A model generated the notes under the pieces. That model had not been told where the DNA came from and ran no database searches. It worked only from the letters and a program-made list of their open reading frames with translations. Below, in pieces: positions 19,194-27,159 of a stretch of 64,000 bases of DNA (positions are counted from its first letter, which is position 1; each line of letters starts with the position of its first letter). Origin of the DNA: Deltaproteobacteria bacterium (GTDB taxonomy: Bacteria > Myxococcota > Kuafuiibacteriia > Kuafuiibacteriales > Kuafuiibacteriaceae); the NCBI GenBank assembly GCA_040218735.1, contig JAVJQW010000050.1, positions 128,001 through 192,000 on the forward strand. The letters run 5' to 3'. The translations under genes and the position numbers were made by a program.

Positions 19194-20198
19194 TTACGCC
19201 GTGCCCGACTTGTGCTTGTCCTGCTCGCCGGTGAGGCCCTGGGTGAGGATGTCGTCGATGGCGTTCTGGTGCTGGACGGCGAGGCTGTGGGCCTCGTCAC
19301 CGATCGCCTCGGTGTCGCCTTGGCTCTCGCGAGCCTTCGAACCGACCTCGCGGTGGTCCTCTGCGGCGCCGTCGAGGCCGATGCCGATGTTGCCGACGAA
19401 CTGCTGGAACGCGTCCTTCCACTTCTCGTCGAAGTGCTCGCCGAGCTTCTCGGCCTCCGTCTTGCGGTTGGCCCAGATGAAGTTCGCGACGTTCTCCTGC
19501 GACAGGCCGCTCTTGCGCTCCGCGACCGCCGACTCGGCCTCCTCTCGGGTGAAGCCCTGCGTCATGAGCTCGTTGACCGTACGGCGGTCCGCCTCGGCCT
19601 CGGAGAGCCCCTCCCCGATGAATCCCTCGCGGATCCCGCTGACGCGGTCTCGGCCGATCGAGAACAGCGATTCGGCCTCGTCCTCGGAGAAGTCCATGCC
19701 CTGGAGGTCCTCGATCGTTGCTTCGCGGGCCTCGGCCGGCGTCTTGCCGTCGGCGAGGTGCCCCTCGTACATGCGGTTGATCGAGTCGGAGTCGGACAGG
19801 ACCTCGATCTGGCGGTCGTTGAACCGCTCCCCGACGTTCCGGCCAGTGTCCCCGAGCTCCACGTCACGCAGCGCGGAGTCGTCGCCCCGCTGCGCGTCGC
19901 GGACGCCCTCTTGCAGCTGAGGCATCGCATCCGCGCGCTGCCCCTCTTCCTTGATGGTGGTGCCCATGTCGGCCCCGGCGCGCACCACGCTGACGGCCGA
20001 GTTCGCGACCTCGATCCAGCCCTTGGCGTCCGCGAGGCTGTTGGCCTGCTTCTGATGCGCGGCCTCGACCTCGATGGCGGCCTGCTCGGCCCGGTGCGAC
20101 GCTGCGCGCACCAGGTCGCTGGTCTTCTTGCTGTTGATCCCGTGCTCCAGCATCAGCTGGGCGATCTGGGCACCCATGGTGCCGCGAGAGATGGTCAT
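19194..20198 (-). CDS. putative T3SS-secreted translocator-like protein
   Basis: No signal peptide, helical coiled-coil, IAQLMLEH...AEQAAIEVEAA N-terminal pattern, amphipathic WIEVANSAVSVV segment and AGGAG RBS. Confidence 0.6.
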   Translation of the reverse strand: MTISRGTMGAQIAQLMLEHGINSKKTSDLVRAASHRAEQAAIEVEAAHQKQANSLADAKGWIEVANSAVSVVRAGADMGTTIKEEGQRADAMPQLQEGVRDAQRGDDSALRDVELGDTGRNVGERFNDRQIEVLSDSDSINRMYEGHLADGKTPAEAREATIEDLQGMDFSEDEAESLFSIGRDRVSGIREGFIGEGLSEAEADRRTVNELMTQGFTREEAESAVAERKSGLSQENVANFIWANRKTEAEKLGEHFDEKWKDAFQQFVGNIGIGLDGAAEDHREVGSKARESQGDTEAIGDEAHSLAVQHQNAIDDILTQGLTGEQDKHKSGTA

Positions 20199-20273
20199 CG
20201 GGTAGCTCCTCGAATTTCCTTCGTGTCGAGAGGAGCGCCGCCCGTCCTACGACAGGCGGCGCGTCAGGGGGCT

Positions 20274-20807
20274 CTAGAACCGGGCTCCGGTGGAGTCGAT
20301 GTCCTCGAGCAGCTCCTGGTACTTGTCGATCATCGCATCGAGGTCGTCGCCGGCCTCCTTCGACTCGTCCTTGGCGTCGTCGGCCTTCTCCTGCTCACGC
20401 TCGGCCTGCAGCTCCATCTGCGTGGCCTGCTCTTCCTTGGCCGCCGCCTGGTTCTCGAGCCCCTTGGCGATCATGGTGCCGATGAGGATGAGGATCGCGG
20501 CGACCACCGCGAGCGCCGCCGCGATGATCGGGCCGGCCGGCGGAGGCACGGTCGCAGCCACGATGGCCGCCGCCACCGACACGGCCGACGCGGCCGCCTG
20601 GAACGACGCGCGGACGTCTGCGGCCTCACCGCGGAGCGCCTGGGCCTCCGTGCGCAGGCCGGCCGCGTCCATCTTGTTGTCCTCGTACTTGCCGCGAGCC
20701 ACCTTGGACTCGTCCTTCTTCATCTCGGCCCACTCTTTTTTCTCCATCTGGAGAACCGCAATCATGTCCTGCAGTTGGCCGCTGAAGCCCAATCCGTTGA
20801 TGCTCAT
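20274..20807 (-). CDS. putative T3SS translocator with hydrophobic hairpin
   Basis: Coiled-coil / AAASAVSVAAAIVAATVPPPAGPIIAAALAVVAAILILIGTMI hairpin / coiled-coil. No signal peptide. Confidence 0.65.
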   Translation of the reverse strand: MSINGLGFSGQLQDMIAVLQMEKKEWAEMKKDESKVARGKYEDNKMDAAGLRTEAQALRGEAADVRASFQAAASAVSVAAAIVAATVPPPAGPIIAAALAVVAAILILIGTMIAKGLENQAAAKEEQATQMELQAEREQEKADDAKDESKEAGDDLDAMIDKYQELLEDIDSTGARF

Positions 20808-20846
20808 CTCGTCTCTCCTCGTCGGTCGTGTGGTGGCTCGGGGGGC

Positions 20847-21293
20847 CTAGATGCCCGTGTACCCGGTGCGGTTGATCTTCTGTTGAATGCTGCTGGTCGC
20901 GTCGACCTGTTCGCCCGCCTCTTCGAGCGCCTCGCGGGCGGACTCGAACTCCTCGAACGCACGGTCGGTGCGGATGTCGTTGCGCTCGATCTCCATCTCG
21001 AGGTCCCGCGCGCGGTTCTCGTCGCCGTTGTTGGCCCAGCCGCCGATGGCCTCGCCGATCGCGGTGCCGATGAGGAAGCCGCCGAAGATGCTCCCGAAGA
21101 GGGCGCCCATGCGCTTCGTCTCGGAGGCAGCGTGCTCCTTCTCGATCTTCTCGAGCCGGTTCGTGTAGCCCGCCTCGACCTCGGCCTCGTGGTTGTCGAG
21201 GGCGTCTTCCATCGCCTCGCGCGCACCTTCCTGCTTGGCGAAGTTCGCCTCCATGCGAATCGCGCTCAGGTTGCTCACTCCGTTCAGTCCCAT
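20847..21293 (-). CDS. putative T3SS translocator with glycine-zipper segment
   Basis: Coiled-coil flanks around GALFGSIFGGFLIGTAIGEAIGG; GAGGAG RBS. Confidence 0.65.
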   Translation of the reverse strand: MGLNGVSNLSAIRMEANFAKQEGAREAMEDALDNHEAEVEAGYTNRLEKIEKEHAASETKRMGALFGSIFGGFLIGTAIGEAIGGWANNGDENRARDLEMEIERNDIRTDRAFEEFESAREALEEAGEQVDATSSIQQKINRTGYTGI

Positions 21294-21350
21294 CTTCGTT
21301 CTCCTCTTTCGGGCCTGCGTTTGCGGCCAAAGTTCGTTGCGTCAGACATG

Positions 21351-21366
21351 AGCAACCGGTGTGCCA
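21351..21366 (-). promoter_or_regulatory. sigma54 promoter (leftward)
   Basis: Minus strand TGGCAC-ACCGG-TTGCT, consensus match. Confidence 0.8.
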
Positions 21367-21504
21367 CCCGCGAAAACGTGGGGCCGTGAAGCGAGCGTTT
21401 TCGACGCTCCCATACAGATGAGCAAAACCGAGCTTCGCGCGGCGCGCGGATCAGCAGCTCGGGGACGTGATTGCAGAAAGGGTCACTCGGCTTCGGCGAT
21501 CGAG

Positions 21505-21519
21505 TTGCACAAACCGCAA
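21505..21519. promoter_or_regulatory. putative enhancer site TTGC-N7-GCAA
   Basis: TTGC-ACAAACC-GCAA between the two divergent sigma54 promoters. Confidence 0.5.
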
Positions 21520-21580
21520 ACCGACGACGCCTCGAGGTGCGATCGAACCGCGAACCCCCCTCGAAACGGCGATCCAGCGT

Positions 21581-21596
21581 TGGCACGCAGGTTGAA
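21581..21596 (+). promoter_or_regulatory. sigma54 promoter (rightward)
   Basis: TGGCACG-CAGG-TTGAA; -24 perfect, -12 has GA for GC. Confidence 0.6.
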
Positions 21597-21652
21597 ATAC
21601 GACTCAGACATCAACAACGCGCCGGCAACGGCCACCCAGTAGGAGAAAGAAA

Positions 21653-22162
21653 ATGAACAACGGAATCAACGCACTCATCGCCGTCACCCAGATGAAGGTC
21701 CACAACTCGAACGACGCCGCCATGTCCGCCGCCGACCAGCAGCGCGACCTCGTCCGCAAGCAGCAGCTCGTGCGCGCCGCGCAGGACAAGCTCAACCAGC
21801 TCGTGTCGGACGGCAACTACTCGACCGACGACATGAACGACAACTACCAGAACTTCCTCTTCCTCGAGGACAACGGCATCGACGTCGGCGACACGACCGC
21901 CACGAACGGCCGCTTCACGAAGTACAACGACGGCACGATCGACTCGGCCGGCGACAACGCGCAGAAGCAGCAGAGCGAGGTCGTCGACGGCCTGAAGCAG
22001 GCCCTCGAAGGCGCCATGAAGGACCTCGAGAACCAGGACCGCATGGGCAACTTCAACATCCAGCGCCTGATGTCGCAGTACAACCAGAGCGAGCAGCTCT
22101 CCTCGTCCGTCCAGAAGAAGGTCGACGACACGGCGAGCGCCATCATCGGCAAGGTGGGCTGA
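21653..22162 (+). CDS. putative T3SS filament/tip protein (Bsp22/EspA-like)
   Basis: No signal peptide, Asn/Gln/Asp-rich; C-terminus NIQRLMSQYNQSEQLSSSVQKKVDDTASAIIGKVG resembles the polymerising C-terminal helix of EspA/Bsp22-type proteins. Strong AGGAG RBS. Confidence 0.65.
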   Translation: MNNGINALIAVTQMKVHNSNDAAMSAADQQRDLVRKQQLVRAAQDKLNQLVSDGNYSTDDMNDNYQNFLFLEDNGIDVGDTTATNGRFTKYNDGTIDSAGDNAQKQQSEVVDGLKQALEGAMKDLENQDRMGNFNIQRLMSQYNQSEQLSSSVQKKVDDTASAIIGKVG

Positions 22163-22208
22163 GCCCCTGAGGCCGAACGCTTCCTAGAGCACGAAACGGA
22201 GAACGACA

Positions 22209-22655
22209 ATGACCAGCGGTATCTCATACGTCCAAGACATGGTGGCTCTGAGCGCTTCCGAAGGCGCGAGCATCAAGACCGAGGACGGCAAGGACAAGAT
22301 CGAGACCGGCGAGAAGAAGCGCAAGGAACTCGAGCAAAAGATCCAAGCCAAGATGGAAGAGATCGACGACCTCTCCAAAGAGCTCGAGGAGGCATCGGAC
22401 AAGAGCGGCTTCGAGAGCTTCTGTTGTTGGCTCGTCGGCAGCGACGGCGGCGTCAGCGACCTGCAGCGGGACATTTCGACCGCGCAGGCCGAGATGCAGA
22501 AGGCACAGGAGAACTTGAAGGTCGAGCAGGCGCGTTTGGAGATGGAGCTTCAGGAGCTGCAGGCGGCGTACGGCGAGTTCGACGACCGCAGCTCCGGCTC
22601 GAAGGAGATTCAGGACGAGGCCGACAAGACGGTCGCGATGGCCTGGGCCGACTGA
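22209..22655 (+). CDS. coiled-coil protein, putative T3SS substrate
   Basis: Long acidic coiled-coil interrupted by the amphipathic GFESFCCWLVG segment. Confidence 0.6.
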   Translation: MTSGISYVQDMVALSASEGASIKTEDGKDKIETGEKKRKELEQKIQAKMEEIDDLSKELEEASDKSGFESFCCWLVGSDGGVSDLQRDISTAQAEMQKAQENLKVEQARLEMELQELQAAYGEFDDRSSGSKEIQDEADKTVAMAWAD

Positions 22656-22669
22656 ATCGACGGACCGAC

Positions 22670-22701
22670 GCCAGTCCGCGCTCTGGGTGGCGCGGACTGG
22701 C
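22670..22701 (+). other. intergenic 12-bp stem-loop
   Basis: GCCAGTCCGCGC-TCTGGGTG-GCGCGGACTGGC. Confidence 0.6.
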
Positions 22702-22736
22702 TGCGGCGTCTTTCGAACGAAGAAGGAACAACGACG

Positions 22737-23201
22737 ATGAAACTGATCGAAGAGCTGGTGGCCCGCGCGACGGCCGCAGAAAAGAAAGCCGGCGACCTCG
22801 CCGAGCAACAGGCGAACGTGCTCGCGCGCCAGCAGGCGTATGACAAGCTGCAGTCGCTCTTCGACGGTGCCGCCGCGGACGGTCAGCTGTCCGCGGAGGA
22901 GCTCGAGAGCCTGATGAAGGGCTTCCGCGACGCGGGCCTCGACACCAGCGAGCTCGAGAAGCTCTACGACGATGTGAAGAACATGGACTCCACGCAGGGC
23001 GCGGACGTCACCAACGAGCTGCGAAACGCGATCTTCGACCAGATTCACGAAGCGCGCATCGAGGCCGACACGGACCCGTTCTTTCACTTCAACGCGCAGC
23101 AAGTGATGTCGGAGCACCACCAGGCGATGGACCTGGCGGCGCGGGTCTCCAAGGCGGAGCACGACATGTACATGACGGCGGTCCGCAACCTGGTCGCTTG
23201 A
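22737..23201 (+). CDS. second filament/needle-like T3SS substrate
   Basis: C-terminus FNAQQVMSEHHQAMDLAARVSKAEHDMYMTAVRNLVA parallels that of 21653..22162 and of needle/rod/EspA-type subunits. Confidence 0.6.
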   Translation: MKLIEELVARATAAEKKAGDLAEQQANVLARQQAYDKLQSLFDGAAADGQLSAEELESLMKGFRDAGLDTSELEKLYDDVKNMDSTQGADVTNELRNAIFDQIHEARIEADTDPFFHFNAQQVMSEHHQAMDLAARVSKAEHDMYMTAVRNLVA

Positions 23202-23267
23202 GGATGAACACGGTGTCGCCCGCGAATCACGCGGCGCGGGCGACGGAGACGATGAGAGGCACGACTC

Positions 23268-24203
23268 ATGCTCGGTAACGGTTCTGCAGGCGCTGGATTC
23301 AATCGTACCGCGGTCGGGATCCGCGGGCTGACTACGGTCACCCCGACGACCACCAACCGCTCTCAGAAGAAGAAGAAGACCGAAGACGGCGGACGGATCG
23401 ATCGCGTCGACCGCGACGACGAGTCCAACGCGATGCTCATGGAGTTCGCGGAGCCGGAAGAGGACGAAAAAGAAGAAAAGCTGGCGGCCCCGGCCGGGCA
23501 CAGCACCTCGATGGTGCGGTTCACGGACGACGCGTTCCGGACCGACAAAGCCGGCCGCCAGATCCCCCCGACCTTCTCCGACGTCGACCAGGGCAACCTG
23601 GGCGACGCGTGGCTGCTCGCGTCGTGCGCGGCCGTCGCGCACGCGAAGCCGACGGCGCTCCTGAAGCGCATCCGTCGCAACCTCAACGACTCCTGGACCA
23701 TCAAGCTCGGCAAGGACGAGTACCGGGTCGAGCCCGAGTTCCCGAACGAGGGTTACGCGGACCCGATGCCCAACGGTCAGAACGACACGCTGTGGGTCGC
23801 GCTCGTCGAGAAGGCGTTCGCGCAGGCCTCGGCCGAGTCGTACGCGAACCTCGAGTGCGGCAACCCCGCGCGCGCGCTCGACCTGCTCACCGGCCGGCGC
23901 GCACGTCGTCAGACGATCACCGCGACGCTGCCGCCCGAGCTCGTCTTCGAGCGCCTGCAGGAAGGCCGTCGCGCCTCCGCGCCGATGGTCGTACGCACGC
24001 ACGTCGCGCGCGTCGGCAAGCCGCTCACCGGCGACCACTACTACGCCGTGCTCGACGCCTACGAAAAGGACGGCGTCAAACACGTGCGCCTCTACAACCC
24101 GTGGGGCACCAAGTCCAACAGCCGCCCGCTGGAGGAAGTGATGCACGACGTGACGCTCGACGCGCTGCTCAACGACTGCGACGCGCTGTTCATCGGCGGC
24201 TGA
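23268..24203 (+). CDS. calpain-like (peptidase C2) protein with catalytic Cys replaced by Ala
   Basis: DVDQGNLGDAWLLAS, LWVALVEKAFA, HYYAVL and RLYNPWG motifs. Confidence 0.85.
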   Translation: MLGNGSAGAGFNRTAVGIRGLTTVTPTTTNRSQKKKKTEDGGRIDRVDRDDESNAMLMEFAEPEEDEKEEKLAAPAGHSTSMVRFTDDAFRTDKAGRQIPPTFSDVDQGNLGDAWLLASCAAVAHAKPTALLKRIRRNLNDSWTIKLGKDEYRVEPEFPNEGYADPMPNGQNDTLWVALVEKAFAQASAESYANLECGNPARALDLLTGRRARRQTITATLPPELVFERLQEGRRASAPMVVRTHVARVGKPLTGDHYYAVLDAYEKDGVKHVRLYNPWGTKSNSRPLEEVMHDVTLDALLNDCDALFIGG

Positions 24204-24213
24204 GGAGACCACC

Positions 24214-24984
24214 ATGGCGATCGAACAAACCCAGAGCCAGCTCTCGACGGCCAGCGCGATCCAGGCGGCGATCTTCGCCGCGAAGGACGGCGACATCATC
24301 CACGTCGCCCCCGGCCGCATCCAAGGGCGCCTCGTCATCGACCGCCCCCTCACGCTGCGCGGCTCCGGCCCGGACAGCACGGTGATCGACGGCCGCGGCC
24401 GCGGAACGACGATCGCCGTCGAGGCGTTCAACGGTCAGGTCCGCATCGAGGAGATGTCGATCGTCGGCGGGCGCGCGCAGAGCGGCGGCGCCATCGCGAT
24501 CGAGAACGGCTGCGAAGTCCACGTCGTCGGCTGCCTCATCGAGAAGAACACCGCGAAGACCGGGCGCGGCGGCGCGATCGCCATCGACCGCGGCCAGCTC
24601 TTCGTCACCGAATGCACGATCGTCGACAACCAGGCGTTCGCCGGCGGCGCGATCTTCGCGGGCGGCGACGCCAAGGTGGAGATCGCCGCGACGATCGTCG
24701 CGCACAACTTCGCGGTGCGCGGCGGCGCGCTCGCGATCACCGACGGCGCCGAAGTCGACGTGTACACCTGTCGCTTCGAAGGCAACTCCGCGGAGCTCGA
24801 GGGACACCACGTCTACACCTACGGCGCGTACCGAACGCGCCCGCTCGTGCTGCTCTCCAACGCCGTCCTCGACACGGCCCCCGGGGGCCTCCCGATCTCG
24901 AACCACTATCGATTCGCCGCGTCGGTGGCGATCGACAACTCGGCCGTCGAACGTGAAGTCGCGGCGCCGCGCGTGGTGGGCTGA
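24214..24984 (+). CDS. right-handed beta-helix protein with Pmp-like GGAI repeats
   Basis: SIQAAI..AKDGDIIHVAPG start and repeated N.A..GGAI units. No signal peptide. Confidence 0.85.
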   Translation: MAIEQTQSQLSTASAIQAAIFAAKDGDIIHVAPGRIQGRLVIDRPLTLRGSGPDSTVIDGRGRGTTIAVEAFNGQVRIEEMSIVGGRAQSGGAIAIENGCEVHVVGCLIEKNTAKTGRGGAIAIDRGQLFVTECTIVDNQAFAGGAIFAGGDAKVEIAATIVAHNFAVRGGALAITDGAEVDVYTCRFEGNSAELEGHHVYTYGAYRTRPLVLLSNAVLDTAPGGLPISNHYRFAASVAIDNSAVEREVAAPRVVG

Positions 24985-26231
24985 TGGTCAGCGTGCCGCG
25001 CGCGCCGGCGAATTGGTCTCCGACCAACGTCGGCTACATCGTCGTCGACGAGCTCCCGCAGGCCCTCGTCGGCGATCTCGCGGACGCCGGCGTATCGGAG
25101 GAGGACCTCCGCGAGCTGGCCGGACGTGACGGTGTCATCCGCGGCGCGGACGAGCTCGAGAATCTATTCAGTCGAATCGACGAACCGTCGCGCGCGCTCG
25201 TCGCCGTCAACGGCCGTTCGCTGTTCGACGCCCTCCGCGCGCAGGTCGACCGAAACCGCCAGCGCGCCGACGACCGCGGTGGCCGTCGCTTCCTCTTCGA
25301 CCCCGTGCTGGTCGACGTCCTCGAAGGCGGCCCCTCGCTCGGGCCGCGCTCCAACGCGGAGTCCGTCTATCGCGTCGAACAGGCCCTCTCGGATCTCGGG
25401 CTCATGGCGTCGGCCGACGTCGACGGCGACTACGACGCCAAGACCATGGAGGCCGTCGAGCGCTTCCAGCTCGAAGCCGACCTCCCGATCACCAGCCGCG
25501 TCGACGCCCCCACGCTCGGTGCGCTGATCGCCCTCGCCCCGCCGCCCGGCTCGCGCCTCGTTCGCCTCCCCGAGTACGCGCGCATGGCGCGCGGCGACAA
25601 CGTGCAGGTCACCGTCGCCCTCGGCGCAGGCGACCGCCCCTCGACGCGGATGCGCGCCGAAGCGGAGCTCGTCTCGGGGCTCCTCGAGCGCGGCTACTCG
25701 CGGGTGAGCGGCGACGACGTCGCCACGCTCGAAGCCCTCGGCCTCCCGGGCCGCGATCCCCACGTCGACATCTGGACCGCCCCCGGCACCACGCTGTTCG
25801 TGGTGATGCCCGACGACTCGGCGCCGGAGCGCATCGCGACGTCGCGCGCGGCGGAGGCGTCGGACGCCGTCCTGTTCGCGGGGAAGCGCTTCACGATCGG
25901 GGAGTCGCACCGGTCACGCACCGGCCTGCGCGCACGCTCGCCGGCGCGCCCGAGCACCAACGCACCCGACTACCAGCTCGTCTGTGTCAGCGGCTGCGGC
26001 GCCGACGCCGCGGCGGAGGACCGCCTCCTCGCCCGGACCTCCGTCGACACCGATCTGTTCAGCTCCGCCGGAGCGACCTCGGAGCGCGCGCGCGCCCGGG
26101 AGGTGCTCGGGTTCCTCGACGTCATCGCGCGCCAGGGGAGCACCGACGATCTCGCGGCCGTCCTCGGTCGCACGGCCGCAACGGAGCGCGGTTTCCTCTC
26201 GAACCGATCGAACGTGACGGAGGCCCTGTAA
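24984..26231 (+). CDS. peptidoglycan-binding (PG_binding_1) domain protein
   Basis: VEQALSDLG...VDGDYDAKTMEAVERFQLEADLPITSRVDAPTL; C-terminal alpha/beta domain. Confidence 0.75.
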   Translation: MVSVPRAPANWSPTNVGYIVVDELPQALVGDLADAGVSEEDLRELAGRDGVIRGADELENLFSRIDEPSRALVAVNGRSLFDALRAQVDRNRQRADDRGGRRFLFDPVLVDVLEGGPSLGPRSNAESVYRVEQALSDLGLMASADVDGDYDAKTMEAVERFQLEADLPITSRVDAPTLGALIALAPPPGSRLVRLPEYARMARGDNVQVTVALGAGDRPSTRMRAEAELVSGLLERGYSRVSGDDVATLEALGLPGRDPHVDIWTAPGTTLFVVMPDDSAPERIATSRAAEASDAVLFAGKRFTIGESHRSRTGLRARSPARPSTNAPDYQLVCVSGCGADAAAEDRLLARTSVDTDLFSSAGATSERARAREVLGFLDVIARQGSTDDLAAVLGRTAATERGFLSNRSNVTEAL

Positions 26232-26821
26232 TGGTCGCCATCGCGCCCGACGTTCGGTCCGCCCTCGCCGTGCTCCAGGACGACCGCGCCTCGGAGGCGG
26301 AGCGCATCCGCGCCGTCACGATCGTGTCGGACTTCGGGGGCTCCGGGATCGTCTTCCCCCTCGCCGTCGAGTACGCGGCGGCGGACGGGTCCCTCAAGAC
26401 CACCCTCGCCTACGCGCTGGGGCGCCTGGACGCGACCTCGGTGCTCGCGTCGGAGCTCGCCTACGGCGACGCCCGCACCCGCGCGCGCGCCGCGGAGCTG
26501 TTGTCGCTGTTCAACGAAGACGCCGCGACCCGGGCGCTCGTCGGCGCGCTGCGGGACCCGGACACCGACGTGCGCATCAACGCTGCGTACGCGCTGGGGG
26601 ACCACCAGGACCCATCGACGCTCACCGCCCTCACCGAGGGCATGAGGTCCGACACCGTCCCCGCGGTGCGCAGCGCATGTGCGCTCGCCCTCGCCGCCCT
26701 CCCCGGCCCCGGCGCGCGCGCCGCGCTGGAGACCGCGGCCCAGCACGAAGACGTGGTCTCCGTCATCATCCTGATCGAGCGCGCCATCCAGCGTCGCATC
26801 GACCGCGGCGAAGCCGAGTAG
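26231..26821 (+). CDS. HEAT-repeat protein
   Basis: ALRDPDTDVRINAAYALG and VRSACALALA repeats. Confidence 0.85.
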   Translation: MVAIAPDVRSALAVLQDDRASEAERIRAVTIVSDFGGSGIVFPLAVEYAAADGSLKTTLAYALGRLDATSVLASELAYGDARTRARAAELLSLFNEDAATRALVGALRDPDTDVRINAAYALGDHQDPSTLTALTEGMRSDTVPAVRSACALALAALPGPGARAALETAAQHEDVVSVIILIERAIQRRIDRGEAE

Positions 26822-26838
26822 CGGCGCCCAACCGAGGC

Positions 26839-27060
26839 CTAACCGCGCACGGTCACCACCCACGCGCCGTCGGCGGTGTGCGCCGTCCCCTCGGCGAGGT
26901 CGCGATGGTCCACACACCCCCGATGCACCGGCCGCCCCACGTGACTGCGCACCACCTCCAGGCGGCGGGTCCGCATCCACAGCATCGCGGCGCGCTGGGG
27001 GAGCGCGATTCGGCTGGCGAGGCCCCGGGCCGAGACGTGGCGTTGCTGTGCGGCGCTCAC
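26839..27060 (-). CDS. small hypothetical protein
   Basis: 73-aa GTG-start ORF with high GC3 filling an intergenic gap. Confidence 0.3.
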   Translation of the reverse strand: MSAAQQRHVSARGLASRIALPQRAAMLWMRTRRLEVVRSHVGRPVHRGCVDHRDLAEGTAHTADGAWVVTVRG

Positions 27061-27159
27061 CCTATCGTCTACGACGCCAAACCCACCGTTCTGACAACAA
27101 AAGCGACGTCGAGGGCGTTGAGCCACACCCGCCGCGATCTGCTAGGATGGCGCGCGTAG

